This document shows, piece by piece, positions 52,264 to 64,000 of a stretch of 64,000 nt of DNA. Where the stretch lies: contig CM059425.1 in the NCBI GenBank assembly GCA_030390025.1, positions 78,616,001-78,680,000 on the forward strand. Reading direction: 5' to 3'. The translations under genes and the position numbers were made by a program. The notes under the pieces were generated by a model. The model did not search any database and was not told the DNA's origin. It was given only the letters and a program-made list of their open reading frames with translations. This DNA is from Squalus acanthias (lineage: Eukaryota). Position 1 is the first letter of the stretch, and every line of letters begins with the position of its first letter.

Positions 52264-52439
52264 TGAAAAAGACGGTCAGAAACCCATCAGTGCAAGTGTT
52301 ACTGGTGCTATACGGGACCTCGGCGCTACCAAAAGAATTGTCGACAAATACCACTATCCATGCAGTATCCCAGATTTATTTGCTTTACCATTCCCACCTT
52401 TTACTGGGTTTCTTTTGTTTTCTTTTTAAGAAACATTGT

Positions 52440-54044
52440 ATAATTTTTATGGCTTCATAATATGCACTGTTTCTATTGCTTCCCTTCCCTTCTTCAAGAT
52501 GCAATCTTTCGCTCAGCAGGGTGGAGGATTGGGTTCAATCCTCCAAGTACCAATATACAGATCAGCAGGGTGGTTGTAATAATCTGGCTGCCTGAAGCTG
52601 TAAGCCACAAATTTCTACTCAGTGGGGAGACCATTGTCTTCACTAATCCTACCTCTTCTCCTTTGAATTGCCCACTCTCTCTCACACATATATGCGCACA
52701 AACACCTGCATTCATGCCTTCTTTGAGTTTTTCTAAAAGCACTCAATATAAATTTTACCTTTGGTAGAGCTTTTGAAATTCGTTCTTTAGCTTTTGATAG
52801 CTTCTAGCAGTTACACATAACAGCTGGCCAAATAATACTGATACATCATAACATCCTCCTCTTGCTCTGCTCTGACTGGGCCTGTGACTTGCGATAGACC
52901 TGGAAAGAAGCAAGTGACGAGGGTTAGCAGTTAGTAACATGGGTTAGCAGAAACAGATGAGTGACAGCACCAAGCAGCGCCAGATTGCCATGGAGAGTGT
53001 GTGAGGGAGAGAGTTCAGTGAGACGAGAAAAGGAAAGTAAGATAGCCAAACGCTCTGCAGGACATATCCTCCAGCAGGACATATCCTCCAGCAGAACATA
53101 TCCTCCAACCTCGGTTGCGATGCTCCTGACCTGCCTTCTTGCCACTACATCAATGGTGGCCTCTTCCATTGGGGACAGTACTTGAACTGATGGTGACCCT
53201 CCTCCTTTGTGTGTCTGCTCCTTCTTATTGTGTGCCAGCTTATCCTACAGAAGAAAAGGAGTATGCTAGTGCCTGTTCCACTGGAGGGTTCTGAAGATGT
53301 GTGTGTCAGGGTAGTATGGTGAAGATGATACATGAATGTTGCCACAAGTGTGAGGAAGTGAGGGAATTAATTGTGAGGACAGTAGCAGGTGCAGAATGTG
53401 CAAGTAGCAGCAAAAGAAAGTTCAGTAAAGTGTTGCTGTGATTGGAGAAGAGTGATGGGAAGTAGGGGAGGGAAAGCTTGTGAGTGCTAACACTACAGGT
53501 GGTGCAGGGTTAAGCAGAGAGTAAGAGAGATGGGAGTAAGAATCTTACCTTAGCGGCTCTGGTCAGATCATTGAATTATTTTTGATATTGCAAGCAGGGC
53601 CTGGGTGCTATGCTACATGCATTCATCTGCTCAGCCACCTCTGACCACTGTTGCCATGCAATTTGCCTTGACTTCCTTCTTCTGTTAGCTGGAAACAAGA
53701 CCTCCTTCCTCCTGTTGAGCTCCTCCACAAGGACTTCCATGATGTTGTCTCAGAATCGAGAAACCTTTGCAAAACTCATTGTGAATCTTCCCTATTCCAA
53801 GTATGCAGCACAGACAAAGTGATTCTCTCCTTTAAGAGGTGCAGGTGCCCTTTAAATGTCTAAGTGCCGTCTGAATTCCTGACCGCCCCCCGCCCATGGG
53901 TTGCTACCAATAATCAGCGTGAGTAGTGCTGACAGCATGCCCATCATATGGAAACGAGGAACAAACCCAAACTTGAATGCCGTGCCATCGAGCAGGCACC
54001 ATACCCACGTCATGTCTGTTTTGGGTGCAAGTCAAATTTCTCCC
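52440..54044 (-). mobile_element. Harbinger remnant with a decayed spliced Myb/SANT-like gene
   Basis: The minus strand at about 53545-53770 reads VSRF*DNIMEVLVEELNRRKEVLFPANRRRK...WSEVAEQMN, followed by a GTAAG donor. The terminus is CAAATTTCTCCC. The left boundary is uncertain. Confidence 0.65.
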
Positions 54045-55884
54045 ACAGTGATTCTCGGATTGGGCGATGGACATAAACTACACGAACCTTGTACTTGTAG
54101 TTTATGATGTCATCTGGACCACCTTGTTGCATTGGTACCTTACATCACCTTCCATTTTCTGTATTAAGCTACAGAATCTTCATTATTTACATTACAGTCG
54201 TCTGTCTTCAATCTGTATCATTTCAGTGGTATTTTCATCTGTTATTCAATATAGTTATTTTTATTGAGATGTATTACGACTACTGTAAGACCAAAAAATG
54301 AACTGCAATTGAAGTCTACTTCAATCCTGGAATAAAGTGTATCATATTAATCTCTCTCAACCATTCGTAACTCTATACGTAATAGGTACAAAGTGATGAC
54401 TGTCTTGACAATGGATCACATAACACATCAGGTCACATTCTTTTCCTGCTACTCAATCCTGCCTCAGTGTAAGTAAATATGACACAATAACAATAGTGGT
54501 TGCAGAAGATCAAAATCTGAACATTAAAACATGGGACAGTGCCAAATATTTTCCCTTGGTTCCGGACCTGGGAAAAGGTGGGAATCAAGCAGCAGAAGAA
54601 ATTAAACTATAGATTAATTATTTGCTGGGTGAGGATAACATTGTATTGACTATAATACCCCTTGCTTCAAGTAACTTTATAAATTGAGAGTGAATACCAA
54701 GTGGTTTCGAACCATTTTCTATATGGGAAACATTGTTGTGTATCTGTTGCAATAATCATTTGAGCTGGAGTTGATGTGCGCAATTTATTTTGTGCAATTG
54801 TTTTTTGTGGATATTGATGATCAAGTCACATAATGCAGTACCATTCATGAAGAAATAACAGTTGTGAGCTAATCCAATGGGAATTGTCCCTCTAAGTATA
54901 TAAACTGGTGAAATGGGAAATGTCATTCTTCACTAACCTATCTCTCCTATGATACCACAGTGTCTGGTATTATCTGTTCTATAAAACCCCATTTCCCTGT
55001 CATATGATCTAGATAAACCACTATACATCAAAGGTAGCCGACTCAAAGTGATCATCGTAACTGCAGTAATAGTGGATTTCTCAAACCAAAAGTTATCTGG
55101 GTAGAATATCTTATGCACTTTTAAAAAGAGTGCCCTTTATTGCGTCGCACTTTGAAACACCATTTCGAGAGCTTTGATGATTTGATCTTCAACTTTTTCC
55201 GAGCCTTTGGTTGTGTTGTATCCTTATGACATAATTACAACAATATCTGAAATGTTGTACATCGCAGCATGCTGATTAGTTCTTTTCCTGTAATGTTTCC
55301 TCTTTAATCTTTATTTTCAGATTTATGTTATAACTCTGCTATCTAGTTCCCAATGTTCTTATCTAAAAATTAGATTTTCTCCTCTTCTTTCCATGCTGAG
55401 CACCATCTGCAGCCAAGAGGACCAGCTTGAGACCTACTTTCACGTCTCTGTTAATGCTGCTCTGCAGCCACTTTTGTGAAAACAGTCCAGGGTGACTGGC
55501 CTCCTATATTTCATTCCATTCTCCGGCTTTCTCCTGGACAGCATGGTTGAAATGGTCGAGAAACTCATCAGTTTGCAAATTACATGCACAAGTCCATATC
55601 CTACCACTTTGTGGCACCAATTCTTGAAGCTTCTCTGCACTGCTCGACCCCATCACCCTTATTCTCATCCATTATTCTTCATAAGCAGCTGGCTCCTGCT
55701 TACTTATCCACTCACAGTGATGGTTAAATTAACTGTCACAAGTGATCTGCTTTAAATTAAACCAAACACTTCAGAAAGATTTATCTAATCTGAGTGAATC
55801 AAAAACTTTTGATATATTCAACGGATTTTGTGGTATGGGGTAAATACTGATTACACTTATACTTGCTCACAGTTATTCTGTGGG

Positions 55885-58604
55885 GTTTTGAACTGGAACT
55901 TGCAGTTTGAGAGCCAAAACAGCGTGGTGCCCTCCACAGGGAATCTGGGACCTGTGTGAACAGGGCAAGCAATGGTGTGTCTCCTTAACCAATCAGATTG
56001 AAGAATCCTTACAGAGACATGCAGAGTCTGAACCAGGGAGTGTAAATTAGAATATTTAATTCAATATCAAATCATGTACAGTGAAATAGTGAAATAAAGA
56101 GAGGGAAAAGCGGCCCAACCATGGCTAACAAAAGAAATTAAGGATAGTATTAGATCCAAAGAGGAGTCATAAAAAGTTGCCAGAAAAAGTAGCAAGCCTA
56201 AGGATTGGGAGCAGTTTAGAGTTCTGCAAAAAAGGACCAAGAGATTGATTAAGAGGGGAAAAATAGAATATGAGAGTAAACTTGCAAGGAACATAAAAGC
56301 AGACTGTAAAAGCTTCTACAAGTATGTAAAAAGAAAAAGATTAGTGAAGACAAATGTAGGTCCCTTACAGTCAGAAATGGGAGAATTTATAATGGGGAAC
56401 AAGGAAATGGCAGAGCAATTAAACAAATACTTGGTTCCGTCTTCATGGAAGAGGACACAAATAACTTCCCAGAAATGTGAGGGAACCAAGGGTCTAGTGA
56501 GAGGGAGGAATTAAAGGAAATTAGTATTAGTAAAAAAATAGTGCTGGAGAAATTAATGTGACTGAAAGCCGATAAATCCCCAGGGCCTGATAATCTGCAT
56601 CCCAGAGTACTAAAAGAGGTAGCCATGGAAATAGTGGATACATTGGTTGTCCTCTTCCAAAAGTCTATAGATTATCGAACAGTTCCTGCAGATTGGAGGG
56701 TGGCAAATGTAACCCCACTATTTAAAAAAGGAGGGAGAGAGAAAACAGGGAACTACAGACCGGTTAGTCTAACATCAGTAGTAGGGAAAATGCTAGCGTC
56801 TATTATAAAGGATGTGATAACAGGACACTTAGAAAATATCAACGGGATTAGACAAAGTCATCATGGATTTATGAAAGGGAAATCGTGTTTGACAAACCTG
56901 CTGGAGTTTTTTGAGAATGTAACTGGTAGAATAGATCAGGGAGAACCAGTAGATGTGGTGTATTTGGATTTTCAGAAGGCCTTTGATAAAATCCCACATA
57001 AGAGGTTAGTATGCAAAATTAAAGCACATGGGATTGGGGGTAATATACTGGCATGGATAGAAAATTGGTTAACAGACAGGAAACAGAGAGTAGGAATAAA
57101 TGGGTCTTTTTCGGGGTGGCAGGCGGTGACTAGTGGGGTACCGCAGGGATCAGTGCTTGGGCTCCAGCTGTTCACAATATATATCAATGATTTGGATGAG
57201 GGAACCAAATGTAATATTTCCAAGTTTGCTGACGACACAAAACTAGGTGGGATTGTGAGTTGTGAGGAGGATGCAAAGAGGCTTCAAGGCGATTTAGACA
57301 AGTTGAGTGAGTGGGCAAATACATGGCAGATGCAGTATAACGTGGATAAATGTGAAGTTATCCACTTCGGTAGGAAAAACAGAAAAGTAGAGTATTATTT
57401 AAATGGTGATAGATTGGGAAATGCTGATGTACAAAGGGACCTGGGTGTCTTTGTACACCAGTCACTGAAAGCAAACATGCAGGTGCAGCAAGCAGTTAGG
57501 AAGGCAAATGGTATGTTGACCTTCATTGCAAGAGGATTTGAGTACAGGAGCAAGGATGTCTTACTACAGTTGTACAGGGCCTTGGTGAGACCACACCTGG
57601 AGTACTGTGTGCAGTTTTGGTCTCCTTACTTAAGAAAGGATATACTTGCCATAGAGAGAGTGCAGTGAAGGTTCACCAGACTGATTCCTGGGATGGCAGG
57701 ACTGTCGTATGAGGAGAGATTGGGTCGACTAGGCCTGTATTCACTAGAGTTTAGAAGAATGAGAGGGGATCTCATTGAAACATATAAAATTCTGACAGGG
57801 CTAGACAGACTGGATGCAGGGAGGATGTTTCCCCTGGCTGGGGGGTCTAGAACGAGGGGTCACAGTCTCAGGATACGGGGTAGGACATTTAGGACTGAGA
57901 TGAGGAGAAATTTCTTCACTCAGAGGGTGGTGAACCTGTGGAATTCTCTACCACAGAAGGCTGTGGAGGCCAAGTCACTGAATATATTTAAGAAGGAGAT
58001 AGATAGATTTCTAGACACAAAAGGCATCAAGGGGTATGGGGAGAGAGTGGGAATATGGTATTGAGATAGAGGATCAGCCATGATCATATTGAATGGCGGA
58101 GCAGGCTCGAAGGGCCGAATGGCCTACTCCTGCTCCTATTTTTCTATGTTTCTATGAAAGAAAGATGGGATTAAGCGAGAGAGCTAAAAGAGACAGAAAG
58201 AAATTTTTTTTTAAAATATTTTAAATTTTAAATCTCAAACAATAATTAAAATCTGAAGGAATGAGACTTCACGCTTGTATTAGTTCATTTTCAATGCCAG
58301 ACAGGTTATTTGTTAGTAATTAAGACTTACACTTGAATGGTCAAGCCCAAACTTTTTGTGGTGTGTTTAGTGGGTATCTAGCAGGTAAGTACAGCAACTT
58401 CATGCCTTTCCATGTGTTTCAATGCATTCGACAAGATACTGGTATAGTGCAGCTTCTGGAGGAGCAGGGCAAGTCGGACAGCAACTTCCTGATTTCTGCG
58501 TTTAACTGTGCATGTGCGGCCGCCGGAAGTTGCTGTCTGATTTATTGTATAATAACGGTGAGCACTGATGACCTCACTGTTACTTCTACCACAAAATCTG
58601 AGCC
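55885..58604. mobile_element. Harbinger-type MITE split by CR1
   Basis: The flanks join to match 31840-32060 and the element ends CAAAATCTGAGCC. Confidence 0.6.
56107..58157 (+). mobile_element. 5'-truncated CR1 LINE
   Basis: ORFs 56245, 56625 and 57693 carry RT motifs, with a (TTTCTATG)n tail. Same subfamily as 49493-52263. Confidence 0.95.
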
Positions 58605-60362
58605 ACTGTAGAATTGACAAGAATAAAAATCTAACCGGCAGATTCAAATGGCGTTGCAAATTATGGGCTATATCTTTTGGCAGTAATGTAAAATGGACAC
58701 TATCTCATTGGCTGCCCATTGTATACCTTTCCTGAGGTGTATAATGGGCAGCTGATTCGATATTGCCCGTTTTACACAATTGCCAAAAGTTCAAATTATC
58801 CCCCATGAAAGTAAAGCTGGAACAAGTTCGAGGCGATTTCTGAATCACCTGCCCCCTGGCCCCTGATTGGAGCGCTGTTTTGTATCTCACCCACAGTATA
58901 GATATCTGCCACTAATGCATCAACTAAAGCCTGGCTGCAAATTTACTTTGTAAATGTTATATTATTGCCTCTGGCTTCTAGGAGACCCACTGGAAGGGGT
59001 GATTGCCAAACAATGGAGGTGCATACTGGGATCCTGCCTTCAGTCTTGGCACCACTAGATTTTAAATATTATTTCATCTTCCTTTATTCTACCAATTCTC
59101 CCCTCTTCATTATTTCTCTCTTGAAGGTGTCTGACCCTAAACAGTGAGTGTCAGCAAGATATTCCACCATAGGGCATCGTGGTTGAGCCAAAATTTGTCC
59201 TCCCCTAACTTCTGCATATGTGCACTTCCACCCTGGGTTGTCTCCCTGACTCTCTCTGCTTTGAGATCAGTCAAAGTCTCCCTTACGCTGCTCTGGTTGA
59301 GATTAACTAACTTAGCCAAGTCTATTGATGGAGCCGTGGCACTTACGGTTCAGTATACTTAAAAATTCCTGCCAACTGAGTGAGCAGTGGCTAGAAATTT
59401 AAGACTTTGGAATCTTCCCTCCCTCCCTCCTGTTATGTCCAAAGAAACACTCAATATTAGCGTGGTGATAACTAACTGCTTTTATTTCCAGATCCTCTAG
59501 AACATTCTCATTAAAGAATAACAAAAGAGAAATGTAATTGCTACAATGTGTTTACTTCTGTCAGGGTGCTATCTAGTGTTCAGTTAACAATATGCAAGTA
59601 CCATACACTGGGACTAATAACAGGAGCAGTAGATGCTAACCTCTTTTCCCCCCCTCAAAATTAAAAAGTGAAAATAATCATCTCCAAGAATGAGCTTGGT
59701 TAACAGCTAAGAAACATTAAGTCAAGAAATTAAGCAACTCGATCTTACGATAACGTGATAAAAAAAACTAACCATAGCAATCTCCTGGTAGTACGCAGGA
59801 GAGATGGGTTATGCCAACACTAGACATACACACATAGGAACAAGTACGGACGGGGAAAGATGATTGTAATGCCATTGAATGTCAAGGGGTGGTGATTGGA
59901 CTCTCTCTTGTTGGAGATAGTCATTGCCTAGCACTTCTGTAGCACAAATGTTACCTGCCACTTATCAGCCCAAGCCTGGATGTTGTCTAGGTCTTGCTGC
60001 ATGCGGGCACGGACTGCTTCATTATGAATGGAACTGAACACTGTGCAATCATCAGCGAGCATCCACACTTCTGACCTTATGATGGAGGGAAGGTCATTGA
60101 TGAAACAGCTGAAGATGGTTGGGCCTAGTTCACTGCCCTGAGGAACTCCTGCGGCGTTGTCCTGGGGCTGAGATGATTGACCTCCAACAACTACAACCAT
60201 CTTCCTTTGTGCTAGGTATAACTCCACCCACTGGAGAGTTTTTCCCCTGATTCCCATTGACTTCTGTTTTAATAAGGCTCCTTGGTGCCACACTCAGTCA
60301 AATGCTGCCTTGATGTCAAGGGCAGTCACTCTCACCTCACTTGGAATTCAGCTCTTTTGTCC

Positions 60363-60711
60363 ATAGAATCATAGAAATTTATGGCACAGAAGGAGGCCAT
60401 TCATCCCATTGTGTCCACGCCGGCCGAAAAGGAGCTATCCAGCCTAATCCCGCTCTTTCCAGCTCTTGGTCCGTAGCCTTGTAGGTTACGACACTTCAAG
60501 TGCATATCCAAGTACTTTTTAAATGTGGTGAGGGTTTCTGCCTCTACCACCTTTTCAGGTAGTGCGTTCCAGACCCCAACCTCCCTCTTGGTGAAAACAT
60601 TTCTCCTCAGCTCCCCTCTAATCTTTCTACCAATTACTTTAAATCTATGCCCCTGGTTATTGTCTTTAAGGGAAATAGGTTCTTCCTATCCACACTATCT
60701 AGGCCCCTCAA
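60363..60711 (-). mobile_element. CR1 3' end nested in the tRNA-headed LINE
   Basis: CATAGAAT tail and similarity to 45400-45720. Host LINE sequence resumes on both sides. Confidence 0.85.
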
Positions 60712-62417
60712 GGACCAAGGCTGTGATGAGGTTTGAAGTTGAATGTTCCTGGTGGAACCCAAATTGCGCATTGGTGAGCAGGTTATTGGTGAGTAAGTGC
60801 CGCTTGATAGCACTGTCGATGACACCTTCCATCACTTTGCTGATGATTGAGAGTAGGCTGATGAGGTGGTAATTGGTCGGATTGGATTTGTCCTTCTTTT
60901 TGTGGACAAGACATACCTGGGTAATTTTCCACTTTGTCTGATAGATGCCAGTGTTGTAGCTATACTGCAACAGCTTGGCTAGAGGCACAGCTAGTTCTGG
61001 AGCAGACATCTTCAGCACTACAGCCAGGATGTTGTTGGGGCCCATAACCTTTGCTGTATCCAGTGCACTGAGCCGTTTCTTGACATCACGTGGAGTGAAT
61101 CGAATTGGCTGAAGACTGGCATCTGTGATGGTGGGGACCTCAGGAGGAAGCTGATATATATCATCCACTTGGCACTTCTGGCTGATGATAGTTGTGAAGG
61201 CTTCAGCTTTGTATTTTACACTCACCTGCTGGGCTCCACCATTGTTGAGGATGGGAGTGTTCATGAAGCCTCCTCCTCCTATTAGTTGTTTAATTGTCCA
61301 CTACCATTCACGACTGGATGTGGCAGGACTGCATAGCTTTGATCTGAACTGTTAGTTGCGATATTGCTTATCTCTGTCTAGCATGCATGTAGTCCTGTGT
61401 TATAGCTTCACCAGGTTGGCACCTAATTTTCAGAAACACCTGGTGCTGCTCCTGGCATGCTCTTCTACACTCCTCATTGAATCAGGCTGGGTCACCTGGC
61501 TTGATAGTAATGGTAGAGTGAGGGATATGTTGGGCCATGAGGTTACAGATTGTGGTGGAATACAATTCTGCTGCTACTAATGGCCCAAGACAGCTCAGGG
61601 ATGCCCAGTTTTGAGCTGTTAGATGTGTTCTGAATCTATGCATTCGCACAGTGGTAGTGCCACACAACGCGATGGAGAGTGTCCTTGGTGTGAAGACGGA
61701 ACTTTATCTCCACAAGGACTGTGCGATGGTCATTCCTACCAATGCTGTCATGGACAGATGCATCTGCTACAGGTAGATTGGTGAGGACGAGGTGAAGTAG
61801 CTTTTTCCAATATGTTGGTTCTCTCACCACCTGCCGCAAGCTCAGTCTGGCAGCTATGTCCTTCAGGACTCAGCCAGCTTAGACAATGGCGGTGCCACCA
61901 AGCCACTCTTGGTAATGGACATTAATGTTCCCCACCCAGAGCACATTCTATGCTTTTAGTGCTTCTTCCAAGCAGTGTTCAAGATGGAGGAGTACGAATT
62001 CATCAGCTGAGGGTTGGTGGTAATCAGCAGGAGGTTTCTTGCCCGTGTTTGACCTGATGCCATGAGATTTCATGGGGTCCGGAGTCAATATTGAGGACTC
62101 CCAGGCGCACTCCCTCCCAACTGTATACCACTGTCCTGCCACATCTGGTGGGTCTGTCCTGCCGGTGGGACAGGACATACCCAGGGATGGTGATGGAGGA
62201 GTTTGGGACATTGGCTGAAAGGTGTGATTCTGTGAGTATGAATATGTCAGGCTGTTGCTTGACTAGCCTGTGGGACAGCTCTCCGAACTTTGGCACAAGT
62301 CCCCAGATGTTAGTGAGGAGGACTTTACAGGGTTGACTGGGCTGGGTGTGCCTTTTCTTGTGTCTGAATCCGATGCCTAGGTCGACACCGAGTGCTCCAT
62401 CCAGTTTTATTCTTATT

Positions 62418-63192
62418 AGCCCTGAATTCTTGGTTGGTATGATGGCGAACTGTCAGAGTACGCTGTCATTCTGCCTTTGAAACTGACCGCAACTTCGGGA
62501 TTTGGCGCAAGCGCGTGCTGAAATCCCGAAGTTGCGGTCTGTCAATGACAGCTCCTAAACTGCCTGCGCTGTGCCCCCTGACATAGAGCCGGCAATCAGT
62601 GAAATCTGGTAAATCATTGAAACTGACGAAAACTTCGGCTCTTCCGGAGTAAGTACGCTGTTAAATTCCCCACTAAACGTTAGACTCAAAGGGATTAGGT
62701 GTAACTGGGGTTTTAACAGCGTATTGACTGCTAAACAATGGTTAAGGACATGGAAAACTCATTTTAATTTTGTGCAGTGTGAAATTAGTCCGTTTTAATA
62801 AAAATTAAAAATTTTAAGAAACTTTTCAAAAATGATTTAAAATTATTTTTTAAGTTTGTCTATCTTTATTTCAGGTTTGCCTCTTCCCCATGTGAGAACC
62901 CCAATCTTTTTTTTTGCTCTATCTAACTACTTTAAAAAGTTTGAATTTTAAGGGCTCACTCACTTCCTTGTTTGCTGTCTGTGAGAATTCTGCCTTTTGA
63001 TTGGCTGCTTAGACAGCCTGTTGACGTCACAGCAGTTCGAACAAGGGGATTCCCATTAAGTTCCGTTGAATTGAATTCAAGGTCGGAAAACCCGAAGTTC
63101 TCGACACAGGGATTGTGAGATTCTTGTGCGGAGCCTACTTCGGAGCCAGCAGCGAAAGCCTTCGCTTCACCGCTGACCGCAAATTCCGGGCC
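62418..63192. mobile_element. Harbinger-type MITE inserted in the 5' part of the tRNA-headed LINE ORF
   Basis: TIRs AGCCCTGAATT / AATTCCGGGCC with flanks ATT/AAT (imperfect TSD). Inverted relative of 34607-35363. Confidence 0.8.
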
Positions 63193-64000
63193 AATATATG
63201 TCTTTGTAGCAGTTTGATACAACTGAGTGGCTTGCTAGGCCATTTCAGAGGACAGTTAAGAGTCAACCAAGCTGATGTGGGTCTGGAGTCACATATAGGC
63301 CAGACCGGGTAAGGGCAGCAGGCTTCCTTCCCTAAAGGACATTAGTGAACCAGTTGGATTGTTACGACAATCCGATAGCTTCATGGTCACCATTACTGAT
63401 ACTAGCTTTTTATTCCAGATTTATTTAATTGTTTTTTCTTAACTGAATTCAAATTCACAAACTGCCATGGTGGGATTTGTACTCGCCTCTCTGGATTATT
63501 AGTCCAGTAACATAATCACTACATCATTGCACCTGCCTGCAGCCCTGTTGTTCCCTCATGCTGGCAGTACTGTAAAACCTTTCTGGAAATTCCCCAGGCA
63601 CTGAGTTATTGGAGCGCAAGAAAAATGCTTTACAATCTTCTCCAAAGCAACTGCTGGCCGTGCACATACTTACACTGAAATTATGCTAAGAACTCCTATT
63701 ATGTGAATGCTTAACACCTTTCAAATAAATGGATTAATACCTCTGCATTAACAGTTTGTATATTATAATCCCATGCCTTAATTTCAAGTTCATAATTTAA
63801 AAATCTTTGTTAAATAACTTCCTTTCTTTTCCTTTCCTCCCTCCCTCCTTTTCCCTTCCTTCAAACTGTATTACTTTGCAAAATATATTTTCTCACTGAT
63901 GTGGTTCTGTTAATTATTTACATGTCATTGGAAGAAATATTGGTTTATGACTTAGAATTGCAAGTATTAGTGAATATATTTCACTGCCCTGTATACATTT

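Larger units (their letters stand above)
59860..63534 (-). mobile_element. tRNA-headed single-ORF LINE (APE-RT), 3'-truncated, interrupted by a MITE and a CR1 fragment
   Basis: tRNA-like head at 63467-63534 and leader to about 63240. The ORF runs LYQTATKT, across the MITE, into KVLLTNIWGLVPKFGEL...QPDIFILTESHL (APE) and then RT (GVPQGSELGPTIFSCFINDLP, LADDCTV). Confidence 0.8.

Noticed and set aside
63467-63534. tRNA gene (also 1905-1993 and 17465-17532)
   Set aside because: Degenerate cloverleaf that continues into repeat bodies. These are retroelement heads, not functional tRNAs.

Overview
Eukaryotic, repeat-dominated vertebrate DNA, very probably from a cartilaginous fish (shark-type CR1 LINEs, a Deu-domain SINE, Penelope termini, many Harbinger elements). 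The only host coding sequence I can support is the first coding exon of a beta-spectrin, best match SPTB (13057-13207, +). I found no next exon, so the rest appears to be one intron of more than 50 kb. That intron holds a near-complete two-gene Harbinger transposon (19469-23657), about a dozen Harbinger deletion derivatives/MITEs with 3-bp TSDs, a full-length CR1 (about 41405-45723), truncated CR1s, an L2 tail, SINEs and Penelope termini with minimal hammerhead-ribozyme motifs. The most unusual observation is a second LINE family. Once an intervening MITE is removed, its APE-RT ORF is joined directly to a tRNA-derived (Pol III A/B box) head with no ORF1. Its sense strand is almost free of TTTT Pol III terminators, and its internally deleted copies form the local tRNA-SINEs. 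It is a candidate Pol III-transcribed, protein-coding retrotransposon. All calls were made by eye, and repeat boundaries are approximate unless a TSD is quoted.
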